Source of the DNA: a virus
Virus record (IMG/VR): IMGVR_UViG_3300027974_000021
Reading direction: 5' to 3' (one strand)
DNA length: 64,000 bases
Under the pieces are notes generated by a model. It was not told where the DNA came from, made no database searches, and was given only the letters and a program-made list of their open reading frames with translations. The position numbers and the translations under genes are program-made. Positions within the stretch are counted from its first letter, which is position 1; each line of letters begins with the position of its first letter. This document shows positions 31,561 to 40,973 of this stretch, piece after piece.

Positions 31561-32602
31561 TACACACTTTGGTGTGCGTAATGACATTAGCCACTTTTTA
31601 GAGTCTCAAAATAAGTTTTTTGATACAACATTTTTTCCTAAAATAGATGAACTAAAGATAGATACATTACTACACTTGGGTGATATATTCGATAGACGTA
31701 AATATATCAATTACTATACATTAAAACAGAGTAAAGAATTTTTCTTCAATAAGTTAAAAGAAAGAAACATTACTATGTATGTTGTAATTGGTAATCACGA
31801 CACATACTTCCGAAACACAAATGAGATTAATAGCATATCTCTACTCTTAGCTGAATATCCAAATATAAAAATCCTATATGAACCACAAACAATCCAAATA
31901 AAAGAAACATTATTTTGTAATATTCCATGGATATGCGAAGACAATAAAGATAAATGTTGGGAAGAAATTAAAAATACAAAAGCAGAAGTTTGTATTGGTC
32001 ATTTTGATATTCAAGGATTTGAAATGCATACTGGTGCAGCATCAAAAGATGGAATACCAAAAGATAAGTTTATGAAATTTGATTTACTTATGTCAGGTCA
32101 TTTTCATCATCGTTCACAACACGATAATATTACTTATTTGGGTGCACCATATGAAATGACTTGGTCTGATTATAATGATAAAAAAGGTTTTCATATATTC
32201 GATACAGCAACTCGTAAATTAGAGTTTATACAAAATCCAAATACTATGTTCTTAAAAGTAGAATATGATGAATCTTATTTTGCTGAGAATCCACCAAATT
32301 TTGAAGACTATAGAAACAAATATATAAAAGTAATTATAACAAATCGTAAAAATTTATTAAAGTTTGATACATTTATAAAAAATTTACACAATCATAATCC
32401 ATATGATGTAAAAATACTGGAAACGTTTGTTGATTTTTCGTCTGCTAACGTATCTGATGAAATTAACGTAGAAGATACTACTAGCATATTAAATGGTTAT
32501 GTTGATACTATCACAACTAGTATTGAAAAAAATAAACTTAAATTATATTTAAACTCGTTGCATGCTGAAGCAATTGCGAGCGAGACTATTATTAAAGAAT
32601 GA
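31535..32602 (+). CDS. gp47: Recombination endonuclease subunit (Mre11-like)
   Basis: TDTHFG, LGDIFD, GNHD, SGHFH. Confidence 0.93.
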   Translation: MTKITIITDTHFGVRNDISHFLESQNKFFDTTFFPKIDELKIDTLLHLGDIFDRRKYINYYTLKQSKEFFFNKLKERNITMYVVIGNHDTYFRNTNEINSISLLLAEYPNIKILYEPQTIQIKETLFCNIPWICEDNKDKCWEEIKNTKAEVCIGHFDIQGFEMHTGAASKDGIPKDKFMKFDLLMSGHFHHRSQHDNITYLGAPYEMTWSDYNDKKGFHIFDTATRKLEFIQNPNTMFLKVEYDESYFAENPPNFEDYRNKYIKVIITNRKNLLKFDTFIKNLHNHNPYDVKILETFVDFSSANVSDEINVEDTTSILNGYVDTITTSIEKNKLKLYLNSLHAEAIASETIIKE

Positions 32603-34311
32603 TAATATTTCATAAATTAAAATGGCGTAATTTCCTCTCAACAGGTAATGTTTGGTGCGAAATACAATTGAATAAAATACGAAGTACAATCGTAGTAGGA
32701 AAAAATGGTGATGGTAAATCTACCATGCTTGATGCTCTTACTTTTGTTTTATTTGGTGAACCATTTAGACAAGTAAAAAAGAATCAACTAATTAACTCAA
32801 TTAATGGCAAAAATGCTGAAGTAGAAATTGAATTTTCTTCTGGTACAAATACCTATAAAATAAAAAGAGGAATTAAACCTAATATATTTGAATATTATGA
32901 AAATGGAGTATTACAAAATCAATCAGCAGCAATCAGTGATTGTCAAAAGAAAATAGAAGAACAAATACTTAAAATTAATTATAGAACATTCTGTCAAGTT
33001 TGTATTTTAGGATCTGCTTCTTATATTCCTTTTATGCAATTACCTACAAATCAACGTAGATTAGTAATTGAAGATATTTTAGATATAGGTATCTTCAGTA
33101 AAATGAATGATATACTTAAAATAAGAGCAGTTGATACTAAATTAGCATTAGTTGATGTAAATAAGGATATAGAGATAGCTAAATCAAACATACAAGCCCA
33201 AAAAACTATACTTGAAAACTTATCAGTATCTAAACAAGAGAACATAATCAAGATAGATGATAAAATAGAAAAGTATAGAGAAGATATAAAAGAAATACAA
33301 AACAAAATAATTACATTAAATAAAAGACTTTTAGAGATTGATAGTTTAACAACTGACTCAGTAGATGTATTTGATCGTATAGACAAAGCAAGAAAACTAA
33401 TCGCAATAAATGAAAGTCGTATTGCTGAGATACAAGAAAAGATAATATTTTTTAACGAGAACGAAAATTGTCCTACTTGCGAATCAACAATACAGCATAA
33501 GCAACATGCATTAAGTAAATTAGAAAAAGAAAAAGAAGATATAAAATCTAGACTCTCTAAACTATTAGAAGCTTTGACTGCTGGAGAAACTAGATCGAGA
33601 GAAATAAGAACATTATTTAATGAGAAAATAGAAATTAATAATGAAATATCTAATTTAAATACTAGTGTAAAATTTACTGAAACTAATATTGAAAACAATA
33701 TAGCTGAAAAACAATCATTATCAGACACAACTAGTGATACCAACAAATATAAAGATAAAATTAAAGAATTAGCTGAACTAGCATTAGTTGATGTTGACAA
33801 AAAGAATAATTTAATGCAGGTAATAGAACTAGAAAATACTTCTAAATTACTCTTACAAGATTCAGGTGTTAAAACTGCTATTATTCGAAAGTATTTACCT
33901 GTAATGAATAAGTTAATTAATAAATATTTACAAGCGATGGACTTTTATGTTCATTTTGAATTAGATGAGAACTTCACTGAGACGATACGTTCAAGACATA
34001 GAGATGAATTCACTTATGATAGTTTTTCAGAGGGTGAAAAGATGCGTATCGACTTAGCTATATTGTTCACATGGCGACATATAGCGAAATTGAAGAACAG
34101 TATTAATACATCTTTATTAGTACTGGATGAAATATTTGACTCATCTTTAGATGCATCAGGTGTAGATTACTTTTTAAATCTAATCTCGCAACTAGACGCA
34201 CAAGTTAATGTTTTCGTAATTAGCCATAAGGGTGATACTCTAATTGAAAAATTTATGAGTACAATTAAATTTGAGAAGAAAAACGACTTCTCTACAATCG
34301 TAAATGCATAA
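32599..34311 (+). CDS. gp46: Recombination ATPase (Rad50-like)
   Basis: GKNGDGKS, CPTC hook, FSEGEK, LDEIFD, ISH. Confidence 0.94.
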   Translation: MIIFHKLKWRNFLSTGNVWCEIQLNKIRSTIVVGKNGDGKSTMLDALTFVLFGEPFRQVKKNQLINSINGKNAEVEIEFSSGTNTYKIKRGIKPNIFEYYENGVLQNQSAAISDCQKKIEEQILKINYRTFCQVCILGSASYIPFMQLPTNQRRLVIEDILDIGIFSKMNDILKIRAVDTKLALVDVNKDIEIAKSNIQAQKTILENLSVSKQENIIKIDDKIEKYREDIKEIQNKIITLNKRLLEIDSLTTDSVDVFDRIDKARKLIAINESRIAEIQEKIIFFNENENCPTCESTIQHKQHALSKLEKEKEDIKSRLSKLLEALTAGETRSREIRTLFNEKIEINNEISNLNTSVKFTETNIENNIAEKQSLSDTTSDTNKYKDKIKELAELALVDVDKKNNLMQVIELENTSKLLLQDSGVKTAIIRKYLPVMNKLINKYLQAMDFYVHFELDENFTETIRSRHRDEFTYDSFSEGEKMRIDLAILFTWRHIAKLKNSINTSLLVLDEIFDSSLDASGVDYFLNLISQLDAQVNVFVISHKGDTLIEKFMSTIKFEKKNDFSTIVNA

Positions 34312-34314
34312 ACT

Positions 34315-34638
34315 ATGAAAACAAAACACAAAAAACCAATAACGATAAATCCATTTACTGGAAAATCAAATGAAGTAATTGTCCGTCAAGGAATGGCATC
34401 ACAAACATCTGATGCTTATGGTGCTGTTGATAGAAGAGATGAATCTAAAACAGTTCTTAGAGATAAACAACATCACTTATACTTCAAATTAAAGCTAATT
34501 GAAAATTGGATATATGAAAAGAAACATCGTAAGTTTTTTTCCGATTCAGAACCAACTATAAAACAATTAGAAACACAACGACATAATATGAAACATGAAT
34601 ATAATCGTGTGTCTAAATTATTAAAAGAAAGTAAATAA
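34315..34638 (+). CDS. Hypothetical protein
   Basis: Basic 107-aa ORF, coupled to next gene. Confidence 0.5.
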   Translation: MKTKHKKPITINPFTGKSNEVIVRQGMASQTSDAYGAVDRRDESKTVLRDKQHHLYFKLKLIENWIYEKKHRKFFSDSEPTIKQLETQRHNMKHEYNRVSKLLKESK

Positions 34639-35423
34639 TGACTGATATAAAAGAAGTTATATGGGATTCAGTGGACGAAAATGGTAATCCTATAAATCCA
34701 AGACTAGCTACTGTTGAAGAAATAGAAACAAAAAAGAAATCAAAAGGACTTCCTATTATAGAAGAATCTTTTGATAAACGTATTACAAAACCAGAACCAA
34801 CTAAGGTAGAAGTTAATATAACAAAGAGTAGTATAGATGGTAAAGAAATTATAACACCAGTAAGAACAACAGATGGTTTAATTCCATGGAATGATCCACG
34901 TTTAAAAACACCACCAAAAGAATGGGACTTTAAAAAACCAGTAGAAGAAGCAGCACAATTAGGTTTATTATTAATTAAAGTAGCACAAAAATTAAATGGT
35001 GCAGGTCTTTCAGCGAATCAAATAGGAATAGATGCAAAAGTATTTGCAATTACAGTAATTGAAAATTACCAATATGCTGCTTTCAATCCAGTAATATTAG
35101 AATCATCAGAAGAAACTGAATTAATGGAAGAGGGATGTTTATCTCGTCCTGGACTGTGGTTGAAAATATCAAGACCAAAAAAAATTAAAGTTAAGTATTT
35201 CACATTTAAAGGTGAAGAAGTGCTTAATGAATTAGATGGTTTTCATTCGAGAGTATTTCAGCATGAATACGATCATATGCTAGGAATAGACTTTACTCAA
35301 AGAGTGGGTAAATTGAAATTAGATATGGCTTTAAAAAAATTAGATAAACAATTAAGAAAAGCTGCAACTACTCAGCAATTAGAATACGAAGCGAAACTAA
35401 GACCTAAGTTATTTGCAAAATAA
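34638..35423 (+). CDS. def: Peptide deformylase with N-terminal extension
   Basis: GLSANQIG, EGCLS, HEYDH motifs. Confidence 0.9.
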   Translation: MTDIKEVIWDSVDENGNPINPRLATVEEIETKKKSKGLPIIEESFDKRITKPEPTKVEVNITKSSIDGKEIITPVRTTDGLIPWNDPRLKTPPKEWDFKKPVEEAAQLGLLLIKVAQKLNGAGLSANQIGIDAKVFAITVIENYQYAAFNPVILESSEETELMEEGCLSRPGLWLKISRPKKIKVKYFTFKGEEVLNELDGFHSRVFQHEYDHMLGIDFTQRVGKLKLDMALKKLDKQLRKAATTQQLEYEAKLRPKLFAK

Positions 35424-35452
35424 TTTACTTCCAAGATTTTTTATAGTATAAT
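35424..35452 (+). promoter_or_regulatory. Early promoter
   Basis: TTTACT-N17-TATAAT. Confidence 0.75.
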
Positions 35453-35485
35453 ATATGTCTAATCAATTAAAAAGGTATTTTTATT

Positions 35486-35659
35486 ATGGACTCAAGATTT
35501 GACCACATCAATTCCCTTCAAAAACAAAAACAAGCATTCGAATATCAATTAAGACAACAAAAAGAAAGAAATCAAACTCTTAAAGAAATACAACACATAG
35601 GTGTTATATTTGGTGTTGGTTTTTTATTTGGATTATTATTCAATGTCATATTCTTTTAA
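35486..35659 (+). CDS. Small membrane-anchored protein (57 aa, not in ORF track)
   Basis: MDSRFDHINS...IGVIFGVGFLFGLLFNVIFF; just downstream of promoter. Confidence 0.5.
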   Translation: MDSRFDHINSLQKQKQAFEYQLRQQKERNQTLKEIQHIGVIFGVGFLFGLLFNVIFF

Positions 35660-35804
35660 ATCACATAACGAATTAAATAAAAATTTGACTGATTACATTT
35701 CAACAGTCACTGATAAAGAAGACATTTCTAAAATACCGATCGAATCGATTAATGATTTTTTAAATGGTTTAGAGTCATTTTTAGAAGAATCAGCAAGTAA
35801 TTAA
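35643..35804 (+). CDS. Small hypothetical protein (53 aa)
   Basis: ATG 35643 overlapping previous ORF; track start at 35601 probably too early. Confidence 0.45.
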   Translation: MSYSFKSHNELNKNLTDYISTVTDKEDISKIPIESINDFLNGLESFLEESASN

Positions 35805-35828
35805 GGCGAAATTAAGGCGACTTCAATA

Positions 35829-35899
35829 TAAGTTATTGATTTATATATCTTTTTTATTTTCTCCTAATTATATACTTTTAGATCGTTTTATAGTAGAAT
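35829..35899 (+). promoter_or_regulatory. IHF-like site plus promoter
   Basis: Minus strand A6-N8-AATCAA-TAAC-TTA; then TATACT-N17-TAGAAT. Confidence 0.6.
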
Positions 35900-35912
35900 A
35901 TATGTATATATT

Positions 35913-38132
35913 ATGAATAAAAAAGATTTATTAGCGAAACTACTTTCTACTGAAAATATAACTGTTTTAAGACAGCCAGTTGCGACTGCATCTTTTAACG
36001 TTGAAACTAGAGTTCTTACTCTTCCTGTCTGGAAGAACCTTTCCGAAAATATTGAAAATATGTTAATTGCCCATGAAGTAGGGCATGCTCTTTACACTCC
36101 ATTTAGAAAATCAGAAACAGAAGAATTTAATAATAATAAACTATTACATTCTTGGGCGAATGTTATTGAGGATGTTAGGATTGAAAAGAAAATACAAAAC
36201 GAATATCCAGGATTGAAAAAAGACTTTGTTTCAGCTTATAAAGAATTAGTTGATAGAAATTTCTTTGGCGTTAAAGGTAGAGATTTAGTAAAAGAACAAT
36301 TTATTAATAAAGCAAATTTGTTTTATAAAGCTGGTTATAACTGTGGTGTTAAATTTACAACAGAAGAATATGGTTATATAAAAGAAATTGATAATTGTGA
36401 AACGTTTGATGATGTTATGAAGTTAGCAAAAAAACTTACTGCTTATTCTGTTGCTAAAAAAGAATTAGAAAAACAAGCTTTAGAAAAACTTGCTGCATTG
36501 TACTTACAAAATGGTGATGAGAATGAACAAGGTGAACAACTTAAAGATTCTTTAAAAGATCTTCTTATGGATGAACTGGACGAAAATGGAAACAAAATAG
36601 GTGGTTCTAAATCTAATCCTGAAATAACTGTTCCTGAAACTGATAATACTACTGAACAAACAATTCAAGACAAATTTGATAATATGTTATCAAAACACAC
36701 AAGCAATAATGAATTTGTTATGGTTGACTATAATCCAAAATTTGTAGGATTCGATCCTTATGTACCATATACAAAATATATGGCAGATGTAGATGCTTGG
36801 TTAGCAATTAGAAAAACTAAAGAAGATTTAGAATTATTGAATGCTAAAAAAGCAGGTCATGAAGGATGGGAAACTACTGAAGATAAAATAAGATTAGCGA
36901 GCAGTGAATTCAATTCATATCTACAAGAAACTAAAAAAGAAGTAAATTACTTGCTTAAAGAATTTGAAATGAGAAAATCAGCAAATCAATATTATAGAAC
37001 AAAAGAACATAAAACTGGTGTAATTGATATTAGGAAATTAGCATCTTATAAAATTAAAGAAGAAATATTTAAAACTATCCAATCATTACCAAAGGGAAAA
37101 AATCATGGAATGGTTATGTTAATGGATTGGTCTGGTAGTATGAGTGGTATATTAAAAGATGTTATTAAACAAGTTTATTTAATGACTAGTTTTTGCAAAA
37201 TAGCAAATATACCATTTACTGTTCTTGCTTTCACTAATGGTATATCTGACTCTAATCCTGAGAAAGCATTATGTGATGTTGAAAGAACAAAACAATTTGG
37301 TGAAAGATATATACCTTATGATAATAAACTATCGCCTGAAGAAAATCAAACTAAAAAGACAATTTCTACAAATCAATTAGATGTTGAGATGTTTAGAGTT
37401 GTTGAACTTTTATCTAATAAAATGAGCAAAGAAGAGTATAATAAAATGGGTGCTTTATTATTCTCTGAAATGTATAAGAATGTTTCTAATTATAAATTAG
37501 CATCAACTCCTTTAAATGAATCTTTATATTATATGATTGATTTCTTACCAAGATTTAAAAAATTAAATAATGTTCAAAAACTTTCTTTTATAGTATTAAC
37601 AGATGGCGAAGGACATAGCATCTATCCAAGACGTTTTGAATCTTACAGTTCTTATGGATCTACTATAAAAAAACATTTATATCTTAGAAAAGATAATAAA
37701 GACTATGAATTTAAAACATATATGCAAACTGGTGCTTTAATTAAAATAATAAAAGATCAAGATCCAAATACAACTTGTCTTGCGTTTTCTTTAATAAGAA
37801 ACAATAGAAGATGCATAAGCAATACATTATCCCAATTAACTAGTTATACAAATAATGGAAGTTATGGGTGTGCTGATGAATCTTCTGTAATTAAAATAGC
37901 AAAAGATTTTAAAGAATTAGGTGCTTCTGCATTAAAAGAAGTTAATTCTTATGATGAATATTATTTAATCCCGATAGAAAGTATTAAACCTGAAGCTTTA
38001 AATATTACTAATGATTTGAATTCTACAAAAGAAAAAACAGCAAATCAAATAGCAAAATCATTTACTAAGCTTTTAAAACAAAATAGAAATAGTAGATTCT
38101 TATTAACTTCTTTTGCAAAACAGGTAGCATAA
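35913..38132 (+). CDS. CobT-like protein: HExxH peptidase-like domain + VWA domain
   Basis: AHEVGH, EDVRIE, DWSGSM (MIDAS), LTDGE. Confidence 0.8.
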   Translation: MNKKDLLAKLLSTENITVLRQPVATASFNVETRVLTLPVWKNLSENIENMLIAHEVGHALYTPFRKSETEEFNNNKLLHSWANVIEDVRIEKKIQNEYPGLKKDFVSAYKELVDRNFFGVKGRDLVKEQFINKANLFYKAGYNCGVKFTTEEYGYIKEIDNCETFDDVMKLAKKLTAYSVAKKELEKQALEKLAALYLQNGDENEQGEQLKDSLKDLLMDELDENGNKIGGSKSNPEITVPETDNTTEQTIQDKFDNMLSKHTSNNEFVMVDYNPKFVGFDPYVPYTKYMADVDAWLAIRKTKEDLELLNAKKAGHEGWETTEDKIRLASSEFNSYLQETKKEVNYLLKEFEMRKSANQYYRTKEHKTGVIDIRKLASYKIKEEIFKTIQSLPKGKNHGMVMLMDWSGSMSGILKDVIKQVYLMTSFCKIANIPFTVLAFTNGISDSNPEKALCDVERTKQFGERYIPYDNKLSPEENQTKKTISTNQLDVEMFRVVELLSNKMSKEEYNKMGALLFSEMYKNVSNYKLASTPLNESLYYMIDFLPRFKKLNNVQKLSFIVLTDGEGHSIYPRRFESYSSYGSTIKKHLYLRKDNKDYEFKTYMQTGALIKIIKDQDPNTTCLAFSLIRNNRRCISNTLSQLTSYTNNGSYGCADESSVIKIAKDFKELGASALKEVNSYDEYYLIPIESIKPEALNITNDLNSTKEKTANQIAKSFTKLLKQNRNSRFLLTSFAKQVA

Positions 38133-38449
38133 TGACTGAAACAATTTCATTAAAAGATAAAATTATAGAATTAAGATCTAAAATACTTATACATTCTTAT
38201 ATGTATTGGTATAAAGACAATCCTCTTGTGTCTGATGCTTTATTTGATGCTTGGAAAAAACAATTAGTTGAATATCAAGCTGAGCATAAACAAAAATTTC
38301 CTAATGAAAAAATAGAGTTTTTTGAAACTGCATTTATTAATTGGGATGGTACTAATTCAAAGGCACTCCCTTTATTTGATGAATGGATTACGAATAGAGT
38401 TGAGATGCTGGACAAATATAAAAATGCAACTCCATACTTTAATATTTAA
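38132..38449 (+). CDS. Stand-alone NAD-ligase domain Ia-like protein
   Basis: HSYMYWYKDNPLVSDALFD resembles LigA H...YY..D.P.I.D.EYD. Confidence 0.6.
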   Translation: MTETISLKDKIIELRSKILIHSYMYWYKDNPLVSDALFDAWKKQLVEYQAEHKQKFPNEKIEFFETAFINWDGTNSKALPLFDEWITNRVEMLDKYKNATPYFNI

Positions 38450-38606
38450 ATTTATGATATTACTTTCTCTATCAGGTTGTTTTGGTTCCACACTATTAAC
38501 TTTGGGTGGAATTAAAATAACCACTGGGGATGTAATAACAAAAATCGTTAAAATTGTACCAAAAAACGATGAAAATCTAGAAGATTACGAAAATAAAAAA
38601 CTATAA
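38424..38606 (+). CDS. Possible small lipoprotein
   Basis: MQLHTLIFKFMILLSLSGC contains a lipobox-like LSGC. Confidence 0.35.
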   Translation: MQLHTLIFKFMILLSLSGCFGSTLLTLGGIKITTGDVITKIVKIVPKNDENLEDYENKKL

Positions 38607-38612
38607 TATGAC

Positions 38613-38682
38613 TAAGCTATTGAAATATATATCTTTTTTATTTTCTGGAAGTATATACTTTTTCAACGATTTATGGTATAAT
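38613..38682 (+). promoter_or_regulatory. IHF-like site plus promoter (paralogous to 35829-35899)
   Basis: Minus strand A6-N8-TTTCAA-TAGC-TTA; TATACT-N17-TATAAT. Confidence 0.6.
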
Positions 38683-38714
38683 ATATGTATAAACTAACTA
38701 AAAAAGGCAAATAT

Positions 38715-39884
38715 ATGATGAATGATGTGAATATAAAAAAGTTTGTAGAATCTCTACATAAATCTTATTCCAATGATGAGAATAAATTCAATTGGAAACA
38801 GATCGTTAAGGTTTTTAAAACCACTAAATTTGATAACAAATCAGAAGTTTATAATTGGGTGAGAGCACAAAAAGCTGGAAGAGGTGCTTATATTATTCCT
38901 CTGTCAAGTGTTTCTTCTTCGGTGACAAATAATGTTGTCAAAGTAGATACTGTAAAATCTGAATCTTCTAATTTAGATGTTAAGTCTTTAGTTCCAATTA
39001 GAGATAGTAATTATGTTCCATTCGGAAATTACAAAGATTTAGAAACTATTATATCTTCTAAACAATTTTATCCAACATTTGTGACTGGACCGACTGGTAA
39101 TGGTAAATCTACTTCAATTGAACAAATTTGTGCAAAACATAAAATTTCTTTAATTAGAGTTAATTTAAACAGCTTAACAGATGAAGATCAATTAATTGGT
39201 ACTAAAACACTTATCGATGGTAATATACAAATCGTAGAGGGACCAGTTGTTATAGCAATGAGATTAGGAATCCCACTATTGCTTGATGAGATCGATGCTG
39301 GTGGTGCTAATACTCTATTATGCTTGCAACCTATCCTTGAAGGAAAGCCATTCTATTTTAAATTAAAGAATGAGATTATCGTTCCTAAATTTGGCTTTAA
39401 TATATTCGCGACAGCGAACACTAAGGGTAAGGGATCAGAAGATGGAAGATATATTGGTACGAATGTTTTGAATGAAGCATTTCTTGAAAGATTTGCTGTG
39501 ACATTCCAACAAGAATATCCAACACCATCGATTGAATTAAAGATCGTTAAAAATCTGATGGACTCTTATAAATGTAAGAATGACAAATTCGCTCAGACTT
39601 TAGTTAAGTGGGCTGATGTAATTAGAAAAACAAATGAATCTGGTGGTGTTGATGAAACAATTACTACAAGAAGATTGGTTCATATTGTAAGAGCATATTC
39701 AGTATTTAAAGATATGGATAAATCTATACAGTTATGTACGAATAGATTCGATGAAGCAACAAGACTTGCTTTTATTGATTTATTTGACAAAGTATCAAAT
39801 AACAAAGAAACTTCGGCTCCGAAACCATCAGAGTCTGAAGTTGCGAGTGCTGTAGTTAATCAACAACAAACAGTGAGTGCTTAA
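38715..39884 (+). CDS. cobS: MoxR/CobS-like AAA+ ATPase
   Basis: GPTGNGKS, LLDEID, ATANTKG, LNEAFLERF; start moved to 38715 (38685 is too close to the -10). Confidence 0.85.
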   Translation: MMNDVNIKKFVESLHKSYSNDENKFNWKQIVKVFKTTKFDNKSEVYNWVRAQKAGRGAYIIPLSSVSSSVTNNVVKVDTVKSESSNLDVKSLVPIRDSNYVPFGNYKDLETIISSKQFYPTFVTGPTGNGKSTSIEQICAKHKISLIRVNLNSLTDEDQLIGTKTLIDGNIQIVEGPVVIAMRLGIPLLLDEIDAGGANTLLCLQPILEGKPFYFKLKNEIIVPKFGFNIFATANTKGKGSEDGRYIGTNVLNEAFLERFAVTFQQEYPTPSIELKIVKNLMDSYKCKNDKFAQTLVKWADVIRKTNESGGVDETITTRRLVHIVRAYSVFKDMDKSIQLCTNRFDEATRLAFIDLFDKVSNNKETSAPKPSESEVASAVVNQQQTVSA

Positions 39885-40249
39885 TGCTAACTTGGAATTC
39901 ACTTACTAAATCACAAAAACGTTGGGTAGAAAACGTTGCGAAAATTCTACCCGATTGTGTGACAAATGGGCATATTACAGCAACACAATGTTATGACTCT
40001 TTTAAACTATTAGAAAAACAAAGAGTTTCAGGTAGTCCAAAAATTGGATATCCGAATTGGTTGTTTAAACTTAATAAAATTAAAAGAGGAATCTATTTGT
40101 TTCCAGCAGAGGGAGTGACAGTACAAAAAGCATCTCAATCTTTAAGTGGGAAAGCTGAACCTATTGCTATTACCAACAGAGTATCAGAAGAAGATAAATC
40201 GTTTTTAAATGATTTAAAAGCTTTTGGTATTGATATAAAAGTTTCTTAA
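39884..40249 (+). CDS. Hypothetical protein, paralogue of next ORF
   Basis: KIGYPNWLFK motif. Confidence 0.6.
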   Translation: MLTWNSLTKSQKRWVENVAKILPDCVTNGHITATQCYDSFKLLEKQRVSGSPKIGYPNWLFKLNKIKRGIYLFPAEGVTVQKASQSLSGKAEPIAITNRVSEEDKSFLNDLKAFGIDIKVS

Positions 40250-40314
40250 TGGGAGTTTGTTAGTTTATTGTGAAGTGGGAGTCCCATATAAGAAAATTTC
40301 ATTTTTTCTCCCAC

Positions 40315-40343
40315 TTTACTTACAATAAAAAATATAATATAAT
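40315..40343 (+). promoter_or_regulatory. Early promoter
   Basis: TTTACT-N17-TATAAT. Confidence 0.75.
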
Positions 40344-40349
40344 AGTGAT

Positions 40350-40697
40350 ATGATAACATACGATAATGCTTCTAAAGCCCAAAGAAAATGGATTGATGCA
40401 GTAATTACTATTTTTCCAAATATTGAAAAAACAGGAGTAATTTCAGCAGCAGAATGTTATTCAGCTCATATGAATTTATTAAAAAATCGTAAAGCAGATT
40501 CAGATAAAATAGGATATCCTAATTGGTTATTTAAAACTAATAAAATAAGTCCAGGAGTTTATTTTTTTCCTGCAAAAGGATTAAACCCTGAGAGTATAGT
40601 TAAAACGACTCCAGTGGGAGATTCTTCTGTAAGAGCAGAAGTATCAAAGACAGAGGAAGATAAACAATTTTTTAAAGATGTATTAACAAATGTATAA
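40350..40697 (+). CDS. Hypothetical protein, paralogue of previous ORF
   Basis: KIGYPNWLFK motif, EEDK.F..D tail. Confidence 0.6.
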   Translation: MITYDNASKAQRKWIDAVITIFPNIEKTGVISAAECYSAHMNLLKNRKADSDKIGYPNWLFKTNKISPGVYFFPAKGLNPESIVKTTPVGDSSVRAEVSKTEEDKQFFKDVLTNV

Positions 40698-40971
40698 ATT
40701 TAACGAAGATAAACTAATAAAAGAATTAAAAGAATATATTGACCAAACATATAAAGGTCATTATTCTAAAAAGAAATTTCAGTCAACAGAGTTCATCGTT
40801 GATTGTGGTCATGGTCTAGGATTTACACTAGGCAATGTTTTAAAATATGCTCAAAGGTATGGGCATAAAGATGGACAAAATCGTAAAGATCTTTTAAAGA
40901 TTTTACACTATGCTCTTCTTGCTTTACATATACACGATCAAGGAGAAAAACTTAATAATGAAAAGGAGTGA
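40690..40971 (+). CDS. DUF3310-like (T7 gp1.7-like) protein
   Basis: HY...Q..E.I...G....F.LGNVLKYA.RYG.K.G..RKDL.K..HY. Confidence 0.7.
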   Translation: MYKFNEDKLIKELKEYIDQTYKGHYSKKKFQSTEFIVDCGHGLGFTLGNVLKYAQRYGHKDGQNRKDLLKILHYALLALHIHDQGEKLNNEKE

Positions 40972-40973
40972 GA

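Noticed and set aside
38715-39884. cobS/cobT as cobalamin-biosynthesis auxiliary genes
   Set aside because: No cobN or other cob genes; better explained as a MoxR-VWA chaperone pair common in T4-like phages
40273-40316. AAGTGGGAG/CTCCCACTT inverted repeat as a terminator
   Set aside because: 26-nt loop and overlap with the next -35; function unsupported
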